Below are positions 59,537 through 64,000 of a stretch of 64,000 nt of DNA, piece by piece. This DNA comes from Chloroflexota bacterium (lineage in GTDB: Bacteria; Chloroflexota; Dormibacteria; DASZGP01). The stretch covers positions 3,295-67,294 of the forward strand of contig JAXDLW010000028.1 of assembly GCA_034666405.1 (NCBI GenBank). Direction: 5' to 3'. Under the pieces are notes generated by a model, which saw nothing but the letters and a program-made list of their open reading frames with translations, did not search any database and was not told the DNA's origin. A program made the position numbers and the translations under genes. Within the stretch, counting starts at the first letter, position 1; each line of letters starts with the position of its first letter.

Positions 59537-60330
59537 TTGCCCATCCGGCGGATCACCTGGATCGAACCCTCGTAAAGCAGCACCAGCGGCACCGCGAGGG
59601 CCATGGGGGTCACCGGGTCCACGCCCGGGGTAACGATCAGCGCCACGGCGATGATGATAAAGATCGCCGCCAGACGCTTCTTCCTGAGGGACGCCGAGGA
59701 CACCAGTCCCGCCGAGGCCAGCAGCACCAGCGCCACCGGGAACTCGAACGTGACGGCGAAGGCCAGCATGAGGATGACGACAAAGCCGAGGTACTCGTCA
59801 GCCCCGGTGAACAGGACGAGGTCCGGGCCGCTTACGAACGGGGCCAGGAAGCGCACCGCGATGAAGAGAAACACGTAGGCGAGCGCTGCGCCCAGGGCGA
59901 AGAGGGTGAGCGAGCTGATCAGCAGCGGCCTCGCGAACCTCCGCTCCTGGGGCCGCAGGCCAGGCGAGATGAAGGACCAGAATTGCTGCAGGATGACGGG
60001 CAGGGCGATTGCCAGGCCCACCGCCAGCCCAACCTTGAGGCGAATGCCGAAATAGCCGAACAGCCCGAAATAGTGCAGCTTGGCCGCATCCGGGTTGGTC
60101 GTGGCCAGGTATCGCAGCGGCCGGACCAACTGCTCGATCACCCAGGCGGAGGCCGCGATGCCGATGATCGACGTGACGGCCCAGGCGATCAGCGAGATGA
60201 TCAGCACCTTGCGAAGCTCCTCGAGGTGCTCGATCAGGGTCATGCGACTCTGGTCCCAGTCGTCCGCGACGTCGTCCGCCGCGACGGACGCCAGCGGCGC
60301 GGGCGCGACGAAGACGGGGGGCTCGCTCAT
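59533..60330 (-). CDS. tatC: Twin-arginine translocase TatC
   Basis: [27 protein letters not shown]. Confidence 0.95.
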   Translation of the reverse strand: MSEPPVFVAPAPLASVAADDVADDWDQSRMTLIEHLEELRKVLIISLIAWAVTSIIGIAASAWVIEQLVRPLRYLATTNPDAAKLHYFGLFGYFGIRLKVGLAVGLAIALPVILQQFWSFISPGLRPQERRFARPLLISSLTLFALGAALAYVFLFIAVRFLAPFVSGPDLVLFTGADEYLGFVVILMLAFAVTFEFPVALVLLASAGLVSSASLRKKRLAAIFIIIAVALIVTPGVDPVTPMALAVPLVLLYEGSIQVIRRMGK

Positions 60331-60360
60331 CTCAGGAGGCAGCCGTGATGGGCCGCCAGG

Positions 60361-60648
60361 TCAGGAGCGGGGCGCCTCGGGCGGCGGGGCCGCAACAGGC
60401 GGAGGGGTGACCGCGACAGGTGGCGCGGCGGCCGGCTCGACCGGTGCCGGCGCGGTGTAGGTGGTCCCGGTCGCGGTGTCGGGCTTGCGAACCTCGTCGC
60501 GCAGCGTGTCACCCATCTCGGTGGTCGCCTTGCGGAACTCCTTGATGGCCTTGCCCAGGCCCTCGCCGAGCTCCGGCAGGCGCTTGGGCCCAAAGATGAT
60601 CAGGGCTATGACCGCCAGGATGATCAGGTATCCCCAGTGAAAAGACAT
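60361..60648 (-). CDS. tatA: Twin-arginine translocase TatA
   Basis: [23 protein letters not shown]. Confidence 0.95.
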   Translation of the reverse strand: MSFHWGYLIILAVIALIIFGPKRLPELGEGLGKAIKEFRKATTEMGDTLRDEVRKPDTATGTTYTAPAPVEPAAAPPVAVTPPPVAAPPPEAPRS

Positions 60649-60733
60649 TGCTCACCTCGAGTTCGCCAGACAAGGCCAGTATACGTTCGGGAGCGTCCCC
60701 GTAACCCTTAGACCGAGTTGAGACCGGGAGTTC

Positions 60734-62008
60734 TCAGAGGCCCGCAATCGCGGCGGTCACGAACTCGTCCAGCGCCTCCTGGTGCTCCGTTGTCAGCGGC
60801 AGGGAGACGAACCAGGCCTCGAATTGCGACGGGGCGACGTACACCCCGGCCTGGCGCAACCGGTTGAAGAGGCGCGCGTACATCGCGGTGTCCGACCTGG
60901 CGGCCGACGCGTAGTCAGCGACGGTATCCGGCGTCATGAAGGGCGTCAGCATCGAACCCACCCGGTTGACCGTGATTCCGAGACCCTTCGAGTTCGCGGC
61001 CGCCACGATGGTGTTTTCGAGCGCCGCCCCGCCCCGCTCCAGCACCTCATAGGGGTTCTCTCGCTCCAGCACCCGAAGGGTCGCGAGCCCGGCCGCGGTC
61101 GCCAGCGGGTTACCGGACAGCGTCCCGGCCTGGTAGACCTGCCCCTCGGGGGCGACGTGCCGCATCAGCCCCGCTTTGCCACCGTAGGCCGCCAGCGGAA
61201 GCCCGCCACCGATGATCTTGCCCAGGCAGGTCAGGTCCGGGGTGATGCCAAGGAGCGCCTGCGCCCCGCCCAGTCCCACCCGGAACCCGCTGATCACCTC
61301 GTCGAAGACCAGCACGGTGCCGTGTGCGGCCGTCAGCCGCCGCAGCCCCGAGAGGAACCCTCGACTCCCGGGAACCACGCCCATGTTGCCGGCGACGGGC
61401 TCGACGATGACCGCTGCCACCTCGCCGCCGCGCTCCGCGAACAGCCGCTCGGCCGCCTCCAGGTCGTTATACGGCAGCACGGCGGTCAGCGCCGTGAACG
61501 CCCGAGGGACCCCCGGGGACCCGGGAATCCCAAGCGTGGCCATGCCACTGCCGGCCTCCGCCAGCAGGTAGTCCTGGTGCCCGTGGTACCCGCCCGCGAA
61601 CTTCACGACCAGGTCGCGGGCCATGGCACCGCGGGCCAGCCGGATCGCCGACATCGTGGCCTCCGTGCCCGAGCTGACCAGGCGCACCATCTCAACGGAG
61701 GGGACATGCCTCACCAGCAACTCGGCCAGCTCGGTCTCGGCCTCGGTGGGCGCGCCATAGGTGGTGCCCAGCCGCGCCTGCCGAGTGATCGCATCCACGA
61801 CCTCGGCCCGCGCGTGACCCAGGATCAGTGGACCATACGATGCGACGAGGTCGAGGTAACGCGTCCCCTCCACGTCCAGGATGTGGGCGCCCTGCCCCGA
61901 CGCTACGAATATCGGGTCGCCCCCAACGGCCTTGAAGGCCCGGACGGGGCTGTTGACGCCGCCCGGCATCACGCGCCGGGCTCGCTCGAAGGGGCCTTCC
62001 GCGGTCAG
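60734..62008 (-). CDS. hemL: Glutamate-1-semialdehyde 2,1-aminomutase
   Basis: PGGVNSPVRAF, SGTEATMSA, LGKIIGGG, QAGTLSGNP; inferred CTG start. Confidence 0.96.
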   Translation of the reverse strand: MTAEGPFERARRVMPGGVNSPVRAFKAVGGDPIFVASGQGAHILDVEGTRYLDLVASYGPLILGHARAEVVDAITRQARLGTTYGAPTEAETELAELLVRHVPSVEMVRLVSSGTEATMSAIRLARGAMARDLVVKFAGGYHGHQDYLLAEAGSGMATLGIPGSPGVPRAFTALTAVLPYNDLEAAERLFAERGGEVAAVIVEPVAGNMGVVPGSRGFLSGLRRLTAAHGTVLVFDEVISGFRVGLGGAQALLGITPDLTCLGKIIGGGLPLAAYGGKAGLMRHVAPEGQVYQAGTLSGNPLATAAGLATLRVLERENPYEVLERGGAALENTIVAAANSKGLGITVNRVGSMLTPFMTPDTVADYASAARSDTAMYARLFNRLRQAGVYVAPSQFEAWFVSLPLTTEHQEALDEFVTAAIAGL

Positions 62009-62808
62009 CTGGGTGACGGCGACGGGGCCGCGGCGCTGGGCGAGGCCGCCGGGGAGGCCTGGGGCGATGCGGCCGGCGAAGCTGCCGGGGATGCCGACGG
62101 GTTGGGCGAGGTGACGGTGGCCACCTGGACCGCGAGCCAGTACATCTTGTCGCCCTTCTGCAGCTTTTGCGCCACGTCCAGGCCGGAGGTTATGTCGCCG
62201 AAGATGTTGAACACCGAAGGCTGGGGTGCCAGGACCGAGGTGTTGTCGGTGGTGTTGATGAAGAACTGGCTGCCGCTGACTGTGCTGCTCCGGGCCATCG
62301 CCACGGTGCCGACGCCGTACGGGCCCTTGGGGCCCTCATCACCGAGGCTGTAGCCAGGACCGCCGGTACCCGTCCCGAGGGGGTCACCGCCCTGGTCGAT
62401 CCCGAAGGTGGCGCCGCCGCAGGTGGTATCGGCGGCGTTCGGGCAAACGCGATGGAAGGTCAGCCCGTCATAGAAGCCGGCGTTCGCCAGGAAGATGAAG
62501 TTGCCGGCGGTGAGCGGCGCAGAGTCGCTACGCATGTTGATGACGATCGTGCCCCGGGTGGTGCACATCACCACGCGATAGGACTTCGTCGGGTCCAGCG
62601 TCAACGCGGGCGCGGTTGCGTAGGTGCGCACGGGGTTCACCTTGGGGTGGCCGGTTGGGGCGTTGGTGCAGACCGTGTCCTTCGCGGTCGAGGTGGACGG
62701 GTTGGTGACCGCGTTCAGACCGTATGCGGCAGCCCCCAATACCAGGGTGAGGATGAGCACAAAGCCCGCAAGCACCGCCGGATGGCGCTGGGGCGCGGTC
62801 TGGCTCAA
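62005..62808 (-). CDS. Membrane-anchored cyclophilin-type PPIase
   Basis: FYDGLTFHRV, QGGDP, VAMA, GSQFFI; SPAA-repeat tail. Confidence 0.9.
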   Translation of the reverse strand: MSQTAPQRHPAVLAGFVLILTLVLGAAAYGLNAVTNPSTSTAKDTVCTNAPTGHPKVNPVRTYATAPALTLDPTKSYRVVMCTTRGTIVINMRSDSAPLTAGNFIFLANAGFYDGLTFHRVCPNAADTTCGGATFGIDQGGDPLGTGTGGPGYSLGDEGPKGPYGVGTVAMARSSTVSGSQFFINTTDNTSVLAPQPSVFNIFGDITSGLDVAQKLQKGDKMYWLAVQVATVTSPNPSASPAASPAASPQASPAASPSAAAPSPSPS

Positions 62809-62833
62809 CTCGACATCTCCTTCGGGCGGGGCG

Positions 62834-63823
62834 TCACGCTTCGCGGAGCCCCTGCATGATACGGACGGCTTCCTTGGCGAAGTAGCTTATCAGCAGCTTC
62901 GCACCTGCCCGGCGGATTGAAACCAGGCTTTCCATCACCGCGGCGTCATGGTCCAGCCACCCTCTTTCGGCTGCCGCCTTGATCATCGCCATCTCCCCGC
63001 TCACCTGGTAGGCGGCGACCGGGACATCGACCTCCGCCGCCACCCGGGCGACGATGTCGAGGTAGGGCCCGGCCGGCTTGACCATGACGATGTCGGCGCC
63101 CTCGACAATGTCCAGCCGCACCTCGCGGAGAGCCTCATCGAGGTTGGCCCCGTCCATCTGGTAGGCGCGCCGGTCGCCGAAGGCGGGCACGGAACCCACG
63201 GCATCCCGGAATGGGCCATAGAAGGCGCTGGCCATCTTGGCCGAGTACGCCATGATCGCGACCTCGCCGAACCCCCCGCCGTCGAGCACCTCTCGGATCG
63301 CGCCGACCTGCCCGTCCATCATCCCGGAAGGCGCGACGATGTCGGCTCCGGCGCCCGCCTGGGAGGCGGCGATCTGCCGGTAGGCATCGAGGGTGGCGTC
63401 GTTGTCCACCTCCCGGCCGGAGAGGATGCCGCAGTGGCCGTGGGAGGTGTATTCGCACATGCAGAGGTCCGTGGCGACCAGCAGCCGGTCGCCGAAGCGC
63501 TCCTTGATGGCGGTCGTCAGGCGCTGCACCGCGCCGTCGTCCGCCCAGGCGGCCGTACCCCGCTCGTCCTTGGCGGCCGGGATCCCGAACAACAGGACCA
63601 TGGGAATGCCGAGGTCGATCGCCTGCTGACACTCGTCCAGGGCACTCTGGATGGAATGCTGGTGGTGGCCCGGGAGGCTCGAGATGGGAACGGGGGCGGT
63701 GGCTGTTTCCGACACGAAGAGCGGCAGGACAAAGTCCGACGCCGCCAGGGTGGTCTCAGCCAGTGCGCGCCTCAAGAGCGGCGAGCGCCGCAGACGGCGG
63801 GGGCGCGAAGCCGGGTAGCTCAA
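62834..63823 (-). CDS. hemB: Porphobilinogen synthase
   Basis: DLCMCEYTSHGHCG, SAFYGPFRDA, MVKPA, YQVSGE. Confidence 0.97.
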   Translation of the reverse strand: MSYPASRPRRLRRSPLLRRALAETTLAASDFVLPLFVSETATAPVPISSLPGHHQHSIQSALDECQQAIDLGIPMVLLFGIPAAKDERGTAAWADDGAVQRLTTAIKERFGDRLLVATDLCMCEYTSHGHCGILSGREVDNDATLDAYRQIAASQAGAGADIVAPSGMMDGQVGAIREVLDGGGFGEVAIMAYSAKMASAFYGPFRDAVGSVPAFGDRRAYQMDGANLDEALREVRLDIVEGADIVMVKPAGPYLDIVARVAAEVDVPVAAYQVSGEMAMIKAAAERGWLDHDAAVMESLVSIRRAGAKLLISYFAKEAVRIMQGLREA

Positions 63824-64000
63824 GCCGCCCGCCCGAAGTGGCGGGAGATGGCGTCGACCAACCCCTCGGCCGTGTGCTCCCCGGCCACGACCGCGACATC
63901 GAGGCCCAGGGTGCGCGCCGCGTCAGCCGCCACCGGCCCGATGCATGCGACGGGCGGAACCTGGAGTCCGGCCGCCGCCTGCGCCAGGCTGGCTGCCGCG
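63820..64000 (-). CDS. hemD: Uroporphyrinogen-III synthase C-terminus (partial)
   Basis: ACIGPVAADAA..LGL..HTAEGLV; stop overlaps the hemB start. Confidence 0.75.
   Translation of the reverse strand, partial: AAASLAQAAAGLQVPPVACIGPVAADAARTLGLDVAVVAGEHTAEGLVDAISRHFGRAA

Noticed and set aside
62010-62110. SPAA tandem repeats (also poly-Pro at ~33180-33240)
   Set aside because: Ordinary low-complexity protein linkers.
1-64000. CRISPR array, rRNA or intact transposase/integrase
   Set aside because: I saw no regularly spaced repeats, rRNA-like sequence or recombinase motifs.

Overview
GC-rich bacterial chromosome segment. The mix of actinobacterial-like genes, frequent leaderless starts and Tat/hem genes suggests an Actinomycetota-, Chloroflexota- or Ca. 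Dormibacterota-type soil organism (inference). From left to right: (1) a DUF1501-type gene, an unusual STAND-ATPase/TPR/EAL protein, a papain-like protease, a K+ channel and two transglutaminase-like genes; (2) a ~20 kb putative DosR/DevR-type dormancy block (DevR-like regulator, USP, CBS-BON, Zn-ADH, cupin) interleaved with acetate-to-PHA storage genes (satP, acs, Pat acetyltransferase, phaB, phaC, phaZ, phasin-like) and an arsRMC set; (3) CsoR/permease, EamA, a two-component system and assorted accessory genes; (4) ~15.6 kb of decayed, integrase-less tandem islands at a tRNA-Pro(TGG) locus; (5) core genes apgM, rdgB, rph, tatC, tatA, hemL, a cyclophilin, hemB and partial hemD. At the tRNA locus the original gene is split at its anticodon loop and a sequence-distinct complete tRNA-Pro replaces it. 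The most striking observation is a hidden ~79-aa SEC-C zinc-binding gene (50934-51176) that can only be read through three successive +1 frameshifts, each at an in-frame NGC-TTT-C site, downstream of a structured RNA candidate. All family calls come from motif recognition by eye, not database searches.
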